This document shows, piece after piece, positions 9,481 through 18,619 of a stretch of DNA of 64,000 bases. Source of the DNA: Candidatus Multivorans sp. GTDB taxonomy: Bacteria; Acidobacteriota; Thermoanaerobaculia; Multivoradales; Multivoraceae. The first letter of the stretch is position 1; each line of letters begins with the position of its first letter. The notes beneath the pieces were generated by a model. The model saw nothing but the letters and a program-made list of their open reading frames with translations. It ran no database searches and was not told the origin of the DNA. The position numbers and the translations under genes are program-made. The stretch covers positions 1,312,001 through 1,376,000 of the forward strand of contig OZ245033.1 in the NCBI GenBank assembly GCA_965224025.1. Reading direction: 5' to 3'.

Positions 9481-10793
9481 ATGAGTCCCTGCCGGACCCC
9501 TATCCGGTTCGGCGTGCCGACCGCGTGGGGGGAGTGGTCGAGCCTCCGGGTTCGAAGAGCATCTCGCATCGGGCGCTGAACCTGGCGTTGATCGGGCAGC
9601 GGCCCGCGACGATCGAGAACCTGCTTGAAGCCGAGGACATCGCCGCTTTCTCGGGCGCCCTCGAGCGCATGGGCTGGAGCCTCAGGCGCGTTTCCGGCGC
9701 CGAAGTGCGTGCCCTACCGCCGCGAGGCGGCCCAGCCGATTCGCCAGTGCGGCTGGACTGCCGCAGCGCGGGTACGCTGCTGCGGTTCCTTGTCGCGAGC
9801 TGCGCGGTGACGCCGGGCGAGTGGATCCTCGACGGGTCCCCGCGGCTGCGTGAACGACCGGTCGGACCGCTTCTCGCCGCTCTGCGCCAACTCGGCGCGA
9901 GCATCGACGAACTCGGTCGGCCGGGCTGCGCGCCGATCCGGATCCATGGCGGCGCTCTGGCCGGCGGGCTGGTCGAAATCGACGCGGGGGAGTCGAGTCA
10001 GTACGTGTCCGCGCTGCTCATGGCGGGACTGCGGGCGGAGAGGCCGATCCAACTTCTGGCGCCGTTTCTCGTCTCTAGTCCATATGTGGACACAACTCTT
10101 CAAGTCATGGCTGATTTCGGTTCTTCCGTAGGGTCCGGCGGCGCCGGCGGGGCGCGCGAATTCCGGATTGAACCCCACAGGCCGGAGGCGCCGGGTGGCC
10201 GCTACCGCGTCGCCGGCGACGACTCCGCGGCTGCCTACCCCGCGGCGGCGGCGGCGCTGTGCGGCGGCCGGGTGAGGCTGCGGGGCCTGGCGCCGGCGTC
10301 GACCCAGGGCGACCGCGCGTTCCTGGGGCTCCTCGAGCAGATGGGAGCGGTGGTGCTGGCGGCGCCAGGGGGGATTGAGGTCGAGGGCGACGGCGCCCTG
10401 ACCGCGCTCGACTGCGACCTCTCCGGGATGCCCGACCAGGTACCCACGCTTGCCGCGGTGGCCGCCTTTGCCGACGGCGTCACAACCATCCGCAATGTGG
10501 CGCACCTGCGGATCAAGGAGAGCGACCGCCTGGCCGCGATCGGAACCGAATTGCGGCGGGCGGGCGCCTCGGTCGAAGAGTTGCCGGACGGTTTGCGCAT
10601 CGAAGGGAATCCCGGTCTGACCGCGGCGCCGGGTTCGGCGCGCGTCTCGATCGATACCTACGACGACCACCGCATTGCGATGAGCATGGCGCTCGTGGGC
10701 CTTCGGCGGGGAGGGCTGTCGATTCGACGGCCGGCGGTGGTTGCCAAGTCCTACCCCGGCTTCTGGGGCGACCTCGAGGGAGTTGCACGATGA
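9477..10793 (+). CDS. aroA: 3-phosphoshikimate 1-carboxyvinyltransferase
   Basis: PGSKSISHR, SSQYVSALL, LRIKESDRL, DDHRIAMS, KSYPGFW. Probable TTG start overlapping the lpxH stop. Confidence 0.93.
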   Translation: MNESLPDPYPVRRADRVGGVVEPPGSKSISHRALNLALIGQRPATIENLLEAEDIAAFSGALERMGWSLRRVSGAEVRALPPRGGPADSPVRLDCRSAGTLLRFLVASCAVTPGEWILDGSPRLRERPVGPLLAALRQLGASIDELGRPGCAPIRIHGGALAGGLVEIDAGESSQYVSALLMAGLRAERPIQLLAPFLVSSPYVDTTLQVMADFGSSVGSGGAGGAREFRIEPHRPEAPGGRYRVAGDDSAAAYPAAAAALCGGRVRLRGLAPASTQGDRAFLGLLEQMGAVVLAAPGGIEVEGDGALTALDCDLSGMPDQVPTLAAVAAFADGVTTIRNVAHLRIKESDRLAAIGTELRRAGASVEELPDGLRIEGNPGLTAAPGSARVSIDTYDDHRIAMSMALVGLRRGGLSIRRPAVVAKSYPGFWGDLEGVAR

Positions 10794-13700
10794 CTGTGGC
10801 GCGGCGTATCCGTCATCAGGCGCTGGAGGCGGTTCCGGAAGGCGCCGGCGGCGCGAGTCTCCCGGAGAGCAGCCTGAACGATCGGCAACGGGCCGCTCTG
10901 CTGCTCCAGGGCGCCGCGTTGCTGGCCCATCTGCGAACCGCCGGCTGGCGGTTGCAGTCGTGGAGAGGACTTGTCGTCGATGCGCGGGGCGTGCTCCGGA
11001 TCGGGCCGGACATGGTGTCGGCGGGGCGAGACGGACGGTCGCCCCAGGCCGTACTGAGACGGTTCGCCTCGTTGTTGTTCGAGAGTGAGGAGATGGTCGG
11101 CCGGAGCTCCGTGCGGGCGGCGCTTCGCCCCGTGGTCGCGGGTTGGCGCGACCTCCTTCTGCCCTTGCCCGCGGATCGGCTGGTCGCGGACATCCTGGAT
11201 CACGCCCCCTTTCTGTGGGAAGGCGAGTACCGGGCCGCGAGGGTGTCCCTATTCGCCGTACACGAACGCGAAGAAGGCGAAGAGGTGGTGGTCGTTGGTC
11301 ATTCCCGGTGGCGGCGCTCGCTGCTGCGGGCCGCCGGCCCCGACCCGGAACGGCTCTCGACCGTTACGGAACGGCTTTCCGCCGTCACGGAACGCCTCTC
11401 CACCCTTCTCCGCAGCGACGAGGCTCTGGAGCACTGGCTTGGCGACAACGCTTCGGGTGGGCCGATCGACTGGATTGCTCGGGGTGATTGGCGACGTGCG
11501 GTGGGCGAGTCCCTGCGAGAGCCGCCCGCCGAGCCGAGGGAGCGGAGCGCGGTGGCGCGGGCACTCCTCGACAGCGGCCGGTTCGAGGCCGCCCTGGCGC
11601 TGGTCGAGCGTTCCCGCCGAACCGAAGACATCCTGATCCGTCTCAAGGGTCTGGTGAGGATGGGCCGGATGGCGGCTGCGCGCCGCACTCTCACCGTGCT
11701 CGAGAAGCGCCGTCTCGGCGGCGCGGCGAAGCTCGAAGAGTGCGAGGAGGCGATCAGGATCCATGCGGCTGCGGGCCGCTCGGCTCAGCTCAGAGCCTGG
11801 GCGGAGCGGGCCCTCGAAGCCGCGGTCGGTCCGCTTGCCGGTCGGGGACGTGCTCTCGCAGTCCTGGCGATGCGCGAGGTCGGCGCGACCGGCGAAATGG
11901 CTTCTCTGCTCGACCCGGCCTCGATACTCAACCCGGAAGGGGAACCCGAAGACTGGATGTCGTGCCTGGCATGGGCCCGTCTCGCGGTGGACCGCGGCCG
12001 CTTCACAGAGGCCGACCAGGCTCTGGCGACGGCGCTGAGGCAGTTCCGGAGACGCCTTCCGATCTACGACCGCGCCAGCCTTTGGAACGAGTTGGCGACG
12101 CTTCGACTCTCAGTGGACGATTGCGCTGGCGCCGAGCGGGCGGCGCGCGTCTCCGTCAGGCTCTTCCGGTGTTGCGATGGACCCGCGGGAAGGACTGCGG
12201 CGCATGGCAATCTCGCGGAGGCTCGGATTCGTACCGGCCGCCTGGCCGGCATCCGCGGGACGATCGACAGCCTGCGCCGCGAGAGCCTGATGGCCGGAAG
12301 CGCCGCGGGGATCGTGGAAGCGCGGCAACTCGAAGCGCGTCTGGACCTGGCGCAGGGTCGGTGGAGCTCGGCCCTGGAATCCTGCAGGTCCGCCGTGGAC
12401 GAGTTGCGGAAACGGCACTTGCGAGGGGACCGGCTGCGGGCCCTCCGCCTGCTGGCGGCCCGCGCCCTGGTTCACCTCGGTCGCCGCGAGGAGGCGAGAG
12501 AGGAACTCTTGGCAGTGCTCCCGTTGCGGGTCGCAGACCCCTCGGCCCGCGTGCAGGCTGGAAGCGACGTTCTGCCCGCTGTCTTTCTTCTTGCCGGGCT
12601 TAGGGAGGAGGCGCTTGCCGTTGGGGCGGGCGCCGCCTGTGCCGGGCTGTGGGAGGCGGTCAGCGAGAACCGGGCCCCGAGCAGCGCGGATTGGCGGCGG
12701 CTCAAAGAGCATGGGGCCTACCGCTCCGCACTGACGATTCACGATCTGGTCTGCCTTGGAGTCGAGACAGTGCCGGCCGGGTTGCTCGAATCGGCAGTGC
12801 GGACCCTGTCCGAAGTGGGCGCCGAGGCGCCTGCGCAGCGCGTGGACGGCGCCCGGCTGGGCCCTTGGAGAGCTCTTCGCGCCTTCCTGGACGCGGAAGA
12901 GTTCGACTCGAGCACGTTTCATTCGTTGCTGTCATCCGCCGGTCACCCCGAGGCGCGCATCGCGGTCCACGAGTCTCTCGACGTGGGAGGGCAGGAAGAG
13001 CCCAAGGAAGTCCTGTTGGAAGGACCCGGCGGCTCTGAGCAGTTCTCGGTCGGCGTGCCCGCCGGCAGACTGGTACTCAGTGCGGACGGTATCGAGGAGC
13101 CGGCGCGGACCCTGTTGACCGTGATCGCGGGTCGAGCGCCTGCGGCGTCCCATCGTCGCCGTCACTTGCTGGAGTTGGCTGAGGCGAGAGAGTCGACCAC
13201 ATCGGGCATGGTAGGTCGGAGCGAGGCGCTGATCGAGGCCCAGGAGCGCGTCAAGAAGCTGGCGCTACACGACCTGCCGGTGTTGATTCTGGGCGAGTCG
13301 GGTACGGGCAAGGAACTGCTGGCGCGGCAGCTTCATGATTCGAGCGCACGCGCCTCGGGGCCTTGGCTGGCCGTGAACTGCGCCGCTCTTCCCGAGGGTC
13401 TCCTCCTGTCGGATCTGTTCGGTCATCGTCGAGGTTCGTTCACCGGCGCCGACCGCGACCGGATCGGTGTGTTCGAGAGCGGTGAAGGCGGCACGGTCTT
13501 TCTCGATGAGATTGCGGAACTGCCACGGGCAGCGCAGGGAATGCTCCTGCGCATCCTGCAGGAAGGCGAGATGCGACGGGTCGGCGAGAGCCATTCGCGT
13601 CGTTTGGATTTTCGTCTCGTTTCGGCAACCCATCGCGATCTTTCGGCCATGGTTGCGGCCGGCGAGTTTAGAGAGGATCTCTACTACCGGCTTCGGGTGG

Positions 13701-14125
13701 CGAATGTCGAAGCGCCGGCACTGCGGGATCGCGATGACGACGTGATGTTGCTGGCGCGCCATTTTCTCCGGATGTTCTCGGGTGACCGGGAAAGTCTGCG
13801 ATTCAGCGAGCACGCCCGTAGAGGGATTCTCGAGTATCCGTGGCCCGGGAATGTCAGAGAGCTTAGAAACGCGATCGAGAGCGCGGCGGCGCTCGCCGAA
13901 GGCCCGGAGATTTCGGTTGAGATGCTGGGACTTCCGAATGAGCCACGGCGTCCATCCCAGGCGGAGGGGGCCAGCTATCACCGGAAGCTCGAACAGTACC
14001 GGCGCGGTTTGATCCGCAAGGCGCTTGCGGAGGCTGGTGGGAATCAGGCGCGTGCAGCGCGCTCTCTCGGTCTGAGTCGACAGGCGCTGTCCTACCTGGT
14101 GAGAAAACTGAACTACGCTCCCTGA
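10790..14125 (+). CDS. large sigma54-dependent transcriptional activator (kinase-like remnant + TPR-like helices + AAA+ + Fis HTH)
   Basis: C-terminal GESGTGKE, GSFTGA, FLDEI, FREDLYYRL, WPGNVRELRN and NQARAARSLGLSR. About 800-aa Ala/Leu/Arg helical N-terminus. Confidence 0.88.
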   Translation: MTVARRIRHQALEAVPEGAGGASLPESSLNDRQRAALLLQGAALLAHLRTAGWRLQSWRGLVVDARGVLRIGPDMVSAGRDGRSPQAVLRRFASLLFESEEMVGRSSVRAALRPVVAGWRDLLLPLPADRLVADILDHAPFLWEGEYRAARVSLFAVHEREEGEEVVVVGHSRWRRSLLRAAGPDPERLSTVTERLSAVTERLSTLLRSDEALEHWLGDNASGGPIDWIARGDWRRAVGESLREPPAEPRERSAVARALLDSGRFEAALALVERSRRTEDILIRLKGLVRMGRMAAARRTLTVLEKRRLGGAAKLEECEEAIRIHAAAGRSAQLRAWAERALEAAVGPLAGRGRALAVLAMREVGATGEMASLLDPASILNPEGEPEDWMSCLAWARLAVDRGRFTEADQALATALRQFRRRLPIYDRASLWNELATLRLSVDDCAGAERAARVSVRLFRCCDGPAGRTAAHGNLAEARIRTGRLAGIRGTIDSLRRESLMAGSAAGIVEARQLEARLDLAQGRWSSALESCRSAVDELRKRHLRGDRLRALRLLAARALVHLGRREEAREELLAVLPLRVADPSARVQAGSDVLPAVFLLAGLREEALAVGAGAACAGLWEAVSENRAPSSADWRRLKEHGAYRSALTIHDLVCLGVETVPAGLLESAVRTLSEVGAEAPAQRVDGARLGPWRALRAFLDAEEFDSSTFHSLLSSAGHPEARIAVHESLDVGGQEEPKEVLLEGPGGSEQFSVGVPAGRLVLSADGIEEPARTLLTVIAGRAPAASHRRRHLLELAEARESTTSGMVGRSEALIEAQERVKKLALHDLPVLILGESGTGKELLARQLHDSSARASGPWLAVNCAALPEGLLLSDLFGHRRGSFTGADRDRIGVFESGEGGTVFLDEIAELPRAAQGMLLRILQEGEMRRVGESHSRRLDFRLVSATHRDLSAMVAAGEFREDLYYRLRVANVEAPALRDRDDDVMLLARHFLRMFSGDRESLRFSEHARRGILEYPWPGNVRELRNAIESAAALAEGPEISVEMLGLPNEPRRPSQAEGASYHRKLEQYRRGLIRKALAEAGGNQARAARSLGLSRQALSYLVRKLNYAP
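11347..11404 (+). repeat. 21-bp in-frame tandem repeat (ERLSTVT/ERLSAVT/ERLST)
   Basis: GGAACGGCTCTCGACCGTTAC GGAACGGCTTTCCGCCGTCAC GGAACGCCTCTCCACC. Confidence 0.8.
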
Positions 14126-14181
14126 CCTGACACTGGTTTCCGCGCTCGGTTCCCAGGGCCGTTGCTGTCCACGACGGGGCC

Positions 14182-14203
14182 TTGGCGTGCTTTCTGCTAT
14201 GAT
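14182..14203 (+). promoter_or_regulatory. candidate sigma54 -24/-12 promoter overlapping an extended -10 sigma70-like box
   Basis: TTGGCGTGCTTTCTGCT has GG(14184-5)-N10-GC(14196-7). TGCTATGAT lies at 14195-14203. Confidence 0.6.
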
Positions 14204-14259
14204 CCAGAGATGGCGCCCGCTGTTCCCATAGAGGGGATAGGGGACACGGAACAAAGTCG

Positions 14260-15219
14260 ATGAAGGGGAGTACCGCAGTGAGTGCAGCGGCTGCTGGAAG
14301 AAAGAACTTGTTGACGTTGGGTGAGATTGCTCGCCGTACGAGAATTTCGATGGCCACGGCGCAGCGCTACAAGAAGCTGTACCAGGATCGAATCCCGTCG
14401 GAGGGAGAGGGACGCAAGCAGCGGTACCCGGTTGCCGCCGTCAAGGTGTTCAACGCGTTGAAGAAGGAACGGGCCTCAAAGCGCCGGGGCGGGGGTCGCA
14501 AACTGAGTCCCAAGAAGCCGGCGAGGGCTGCTGCTAGCGGCGCGGCGCTCCTGACGCTTTCGAGTATCGGCGAGCAGACGGGCATCTCCTATCCGACCCT
14601 GCAGCGGTACGTAAAGCTGTTCGGTGATCGGATTCCGCATGAAGGCGTTGGTCGCAAGCGTCGCTACCATCCGGACTCAGTCGCCGTCTTCCGGCAGCTT
14701 CGCGCCGAGAGTAAGCCGGGGCGGAAAGCCAAGGCAAAGGCCGCCGCCGCGGTTTCCGAGGCCCCGGCAAGAAAGAAGCGGAAGGCGCGCGCCAAAGCCG
14801 CTCCTCGGAGCGCTCCTGGTCCGAAGCTGCTGACCTTGACCGCGATCGGCCACCAGACGGGGATCTCCAGCCCGACTCTGCAGCGCTATGTGAAGTTGCA
14901 CGGTGACCGGATTCCGCACGAGGGCGTCGGCCGCAAGCGGCGCTACCACCCGGAGGCGGTGGCGGTCTTCCGTGAGATCCGGTCTCAGAGCAAGCGGGGC
15001 CGGAAACCGAAGGCGAAGGTCGAGGCGGTGGCGCCCCGGAAGGCGGCGCCTCCCGCAAGGAAGCGGAAGGTGCGGGTCGCCAAGGTTCGAAGGAAGGTCG
15101 CTTCCGCTGCGGATCAGGGCGGCGTCGAGGCTCGCCTGGCCGCGCTCGAGGTCCAGGTCAGTCAGGTGCTGAAGAAGCTGGAGCAACCGATCACGATCAC
15201 GCTTAGGGCTGACCGTTAG
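14260..15219 (+). CDS. basic protein with three tandem MerR/BldC-like HTH repeats and C-terminal coiled coil
   Basis: Three ~55-aa repeats LLTL..I...T.IS..T.QRY.KL..DRIP.EG.GRK.RY....V.VF starting at 14308, 14548 and 14827, separated by K/R/A/P-rich linkers. Confidence 0.8.
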   Translation: MKGSTAVSAAAAGRKNLLTLGEIARRTRISMATAQRYKKLYQDRIPSEGEGRKQRYPVAAVKVFNALKKERASKRRGGGRKLSPKKPARAAASGAALLTLSSIGEQTGISYPTLQRYVKLFGDRIPHEGVGRKRRYHPDSVAVFRQLRAESKPGRKAKAKAAAAVSEAPARKKRKARAKAAPRSAPGPKLLTLTAIGHQTGISSPTLQRYVKLHGDRIPHEGVGRKRRYHPEAVAVFREIRSQSKRGRKPKAKVEAVAPRKAAPPARKRKVRVAKVRRKVASAADQGGVEARLAALEVQVSQVLKKLEQPITITLRADR

Positions 15220-16064
15220 AGCCGCCAAACCCGTCGCAGACTCTGGCCAGTTCGGGTCACGGCGCCCCCGGGGCCAGTGACTCCAGGACAAGGCGCCTTT
15301 GCGGCAGTAGCGCCGCCGAGTCCCATTGCAGACTCCGTGTCTGGCCCCAGCCCCCACCTCCTCTGCGGTCCGCAAGCTGGCCCAGGAGGGCCACCTGCAA
15401 CTGTCGCTCTTCGACCAGCGGAACATGGCCGAGATCAGCGTCCCCGACGCAAGCTGGAAGCCGTCGTGGACGCAACCAGGCGCGAACGGCGCCCCTTGAA
15501 GGGCAAGAAGGAGATCGCCGTGGGCGCCGACCGGGCGCGGCGCGCCCACAAGGTCGGCAAGCACTTCGACATCGAGGTCGAAGAGGGCAGCTTCCGCTAT
15601 TCCCGCAACCAGCAGCGCATCGCCGACGAAGCCGCTCTCGACGGCTTCTACGTCATCCGCGCCAACGTCTCCGAAGCCGACCTGACCGACGACGAAGCGG
15701 TCCGCTCATACAAGAGCCTCAGCCGCGTCGAACGCGCCTTCCGCAGCTTCAAGAGCGTCGACCTCAAGGTCCGGCCAGTCCACCACCGCCTCGCCGGACG
15801 CGTCAAGGCACACGTCCTTCTGTGCATGCTCGCCTCGAATGGCACATGCGACGGCTGCTCGCGCCGCTCCTCTTCGACGAGAACGCGACTCGCCCGTGCA
15901 ACCCGCCCGACGCTCACGAGAAGCCCGAGCCAAGGCCGGCCACAGGCGAACTCCCGACGGACCGCCCGTACAGAGCTTCCAGACCCTGCTCGCCGATCTC
16001 GCCACACTCACCAGGAACCGAGTCAGAACCCGAAACGCCGACCAAGCCACTGCCGACGTCCTCG

Positions 16065-17480
16065 CTAGACCGAAGTTCTGAGCTTCAAGTCGTGAAATCG
16101 CCTGTAGTGGTGGGCGTTTTCAGTTGTTCGGCGGTGTTTTGTACTGGGTACGTCGGTTTCAGGGGCGGATGCCGAGTAGTTTGAAGGCTTCGTTCTGGAG
16201 TGGAGTGGGCCGTGCGCGCACGGCGATGGCGTCCTTGCCGCGCAGGGGGTTCTTCTTGCGCCGCGTCGCCGCAACGACGGCGTCGAGCTTGCGCTCGGTG
16301 GATTCGAGAAGCTCCTGGCGCTTGCGGCCGCGTTCCTCCGCCAGAAGCGGGTTCCGGCACACCACGAGGCGCTCCTTCGGGTACAACTCCGGGACCCTGA
16401 TCTCGGCCATCTTCCGCTGGTCGAAGAGCGACAGTTGCAGGTGGCCTTCCTGGGCCAGCGTCCTGATCGCCGGCGCGCGCAGGGCGCTGATCCAGGACAG
16501 GCCCGCGGGGTCGAGGTCCTCGCGGATGCGCGCGTCGGTGATCAGGCCCCGGTCTGAGACCATCACGATCCTCTCCAGCGAGAAGCGGTCGCGGAGCTTC
16601 TGCACCTGGGCGTTCAGGGTCGTCGGATCGGCCGTGTTGCCCTCGAATACCTCGACCGCGACCGGGCATCCGTCCCGGCTGCAGAGCAGGCCGAAGACGA
16701 TCTGGACCTTGCCTCTCTTCTTGTCCCTGGAGTAGCCGTGCCTGGCCAGCGTGCGCTTCCTGCCCTCAAAGTAGACCGAGGTCACGTCGCAGAGCACCAG
16801 CGAGCCGTCTTCCAGATGCCGCCGGGCAAGAGTCCGCTCGATGCGCGGCTGTCTTTCGAGCAGCCAGTCCATGGCGCCGTAGAGTTCGTCGGCCGAGGCC
16901 TCCTGCACGCCGAGTTCCTCGCCGAGGGTGTGGCTCATGGTCTCGCTTGCGAGTCCGCGGGCGGTGGCGAGCTTGGATCGCGGCTCGAGGATGCGGGCCG
17001 CGATCATGGCCAGCGCCAGCGCCCGCTCGCGCGAGGGCCGTCGATCGAGGAGCCGTTCGAGGCCGAGGCTTCGGGCCGCGCCGAGGACGGCGGCGACGTG
17101 GCCGTGCGGTCTGGCGCGCAGGATCTCGAAGGCTGCCTCGAGCGAAGGCAGGGCGACTCCTCTCTTGAGCAGGGTTCTGAGTCCTTCGACGAGTTGGTCG
17201 GGCCACTTGGAGAGGTTGGCGAGAGTGCGTTTCTTGACCTTTCCGTCCTGTCGGTAGGACTCTCTCAGCAGGACGGCTGGTGGTGAGTTTCGGTTGGGTA
17301 CCCGTTCGATGTACATGGCTTCTCATTGTAGACGAAACCATTCAGAATGTCTACATGCCACGAGATCATTACATGGCTACGAATGGCGGAAAACAGGGGC
17401 GGCCCAACACCCGAAAACCCAAGCACTGCAACGCCTCTCGACGACGAGGAGGCCCCAGGAGCCTCAGAACTTCGGGCTAG
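16065..17480 (-). mobile_element. IS1634-family element (inner copy, internally deleted)
   Basis: Inverted repeats CTAGACCGAAGTTCTGAG (16065-16082) and CTCAGAACTTCGGGCTAG (17463-17480), 1 mismatch. Confidence 0.85.
16159..17316 (-). pseudogene. IS1634-family transposase with in-frame internal deletion
   Basis: MYIERVPNRNSPPAVLLRESYR, DVTSVYFEG, GYSRD, VSDRG. The reading jumps from AIAVRA directly to the C-terminal RPTPLQ, lacking the VERAFR segment present in the outer copy. Confidence 0.8.
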
Positions 17481-17629
17481 ACCGAAGCCCCTGCAAGAAA
17501 GGGCCCTGAAACTACTCGGAGTCCGACCTGAACCTCAGCAGTACCCTGTAGACGACAACACCGAGACGACCAAAACCCCGCCGTTGCTGGAGATTCCACG
17601 CTTTGACCTCTGGAACTTCGGACTAGCCG

Positions 17630-18619
17630 TCAGGCCAGATGGTCCCAGCCCTCCGGGGACAGGGGTTCGAGGGTTCCGTCGCTTCGCAACAGGCTCATGC
17701 CGGGTTGGCCGGTGATGCGGCCGATTCGTCGGCATCCGGGATGGTTGAAGTTCGTCTTGGGTGGCAGCGTGAACAGGAGTACGTAGTCCTCGCCTCCGCC
17801 CAGGATCAGGTCGCGTGGATCGAGACCCAGGTAGCCGGCCAGATGTCGGGCGTCCGGGCGGAGGGCGATGGCCTCCTCGTGGAGTACGCAGCCGGCGCCG
17901 CTGGCGCGGCAGAGGCGCCCGGCGTCGACCGCCAGACCGTCTGAGATGTCGATAGCCGCTCCCGGTGGGCATCGCTTCCCGAGAATCAGTCCGAGTTCGA
18001 GTTGCGGTCGAGGTTCGAGGTGACGGCGCACGACCCGGCTCGCGGCGCGTGCCAGCTCAGGCGGCAGCTCGTCGGGCAGCCTCGGTTTCCGCTCGACGAT
18101 CCGGGCGCCCGACCGGACCAGCTCAAGTCCCAGCGCGGACTCGCCGACCGCACCGCCGAGCCAGAGGTCGTCGCCTTGACGGGCGGCGCTGCGAGCCAGT
18201 GGAAAGCTGCCCGCCGTTACTTCACCGATCACGGTCAGGCCGGCGTCGAGGTGGCCTGGCGCCCCACAGCGGGCGGTATCGCCGCCGATCAGCTCGATTC
18301 CGTAGTAGCGGCTGCGTCGAACCAGAGCGGCCAGGAAGCGTCGCGCGGTCTTCTCGTCGTCGACGGCAAGCGCCAAGAGGGCCCAGCGCGGTTCGGCGCC
18401 GGTGGCGGCGAGGTCGGAGAGGCTGACCGCAAGCAGCCGCCGCGCGGCGGCCGCCGGATCGAGATCGATTGGAATGTGGACGTTCGCACGCTGGGTATCG
18501 ACGCTGAATGCGAGGTACCGGCCGCCGAACTCCAGCAGGGCCGCGTCGTCGCCGATCCGATCTCTCGAACTCGCGAGGTTCGCGAGCCAGGCGGTCAGCC
18601 GGTCTTCGCCGCCGGCCAT
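17630..18619 (-). CDS. thiL: thiamine-phosphate kinase
   Basis: IGDDAA, SLSDLAATGA, GGDT, IDISDGL, GGEDYVLLFT. Confidence 0.92.
   Translation of the reverse strand: MAGGEDRLTAWLANLASSRDRIGDDAALLEFGGRYLAFSVDTQRANVHIPIDLDPAAAARRLLAVSLSDLAATGAEPRWALLALAVDDEKTARRFLAALVRRSRYYGIELIGGDTARCGAPGHLDAGLTVIGEVTAGSFPLARSAARQGDDLWLGGAVGESALGLELVRSGARIVERKPRLPDELPPELARAASRVVRRHLEPRPQLELGLILGKRCPPGAAIDISDGLAVDAGRLCRASGAGCVLHEEAIALRPDARHLAGYLGLDPRDLILGGGEDYVLLFTLPPKTNFNHPGCRRIGRITGQPGMSLLRSDGTLEPLSPEGWDHLA

Larger units (their letters stand above)
15364..17626 (+). mobile_element. degenerate IS1634-family element (outer copy), interrupted by a second IS1634
   Basis: Fragments LQLSLFDQRNMAEI, LDGFYVIR, YKSLSRVERAFRSFK, RVKAHVLLCMLA. 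The C-terminus ADVLA|RPKPLQERALKLLGVRP resumes at 17481. End-like CTCTGGAACTTCGGACTAG at ~17608-17626. Confidence 0.75.

Noticed and set aside
15220-15363. ncRNA downstream of the triple-HTH gene
   Set aside because: Only short GC stems, no recognisable family, and adjacent to an IS deletion junction.
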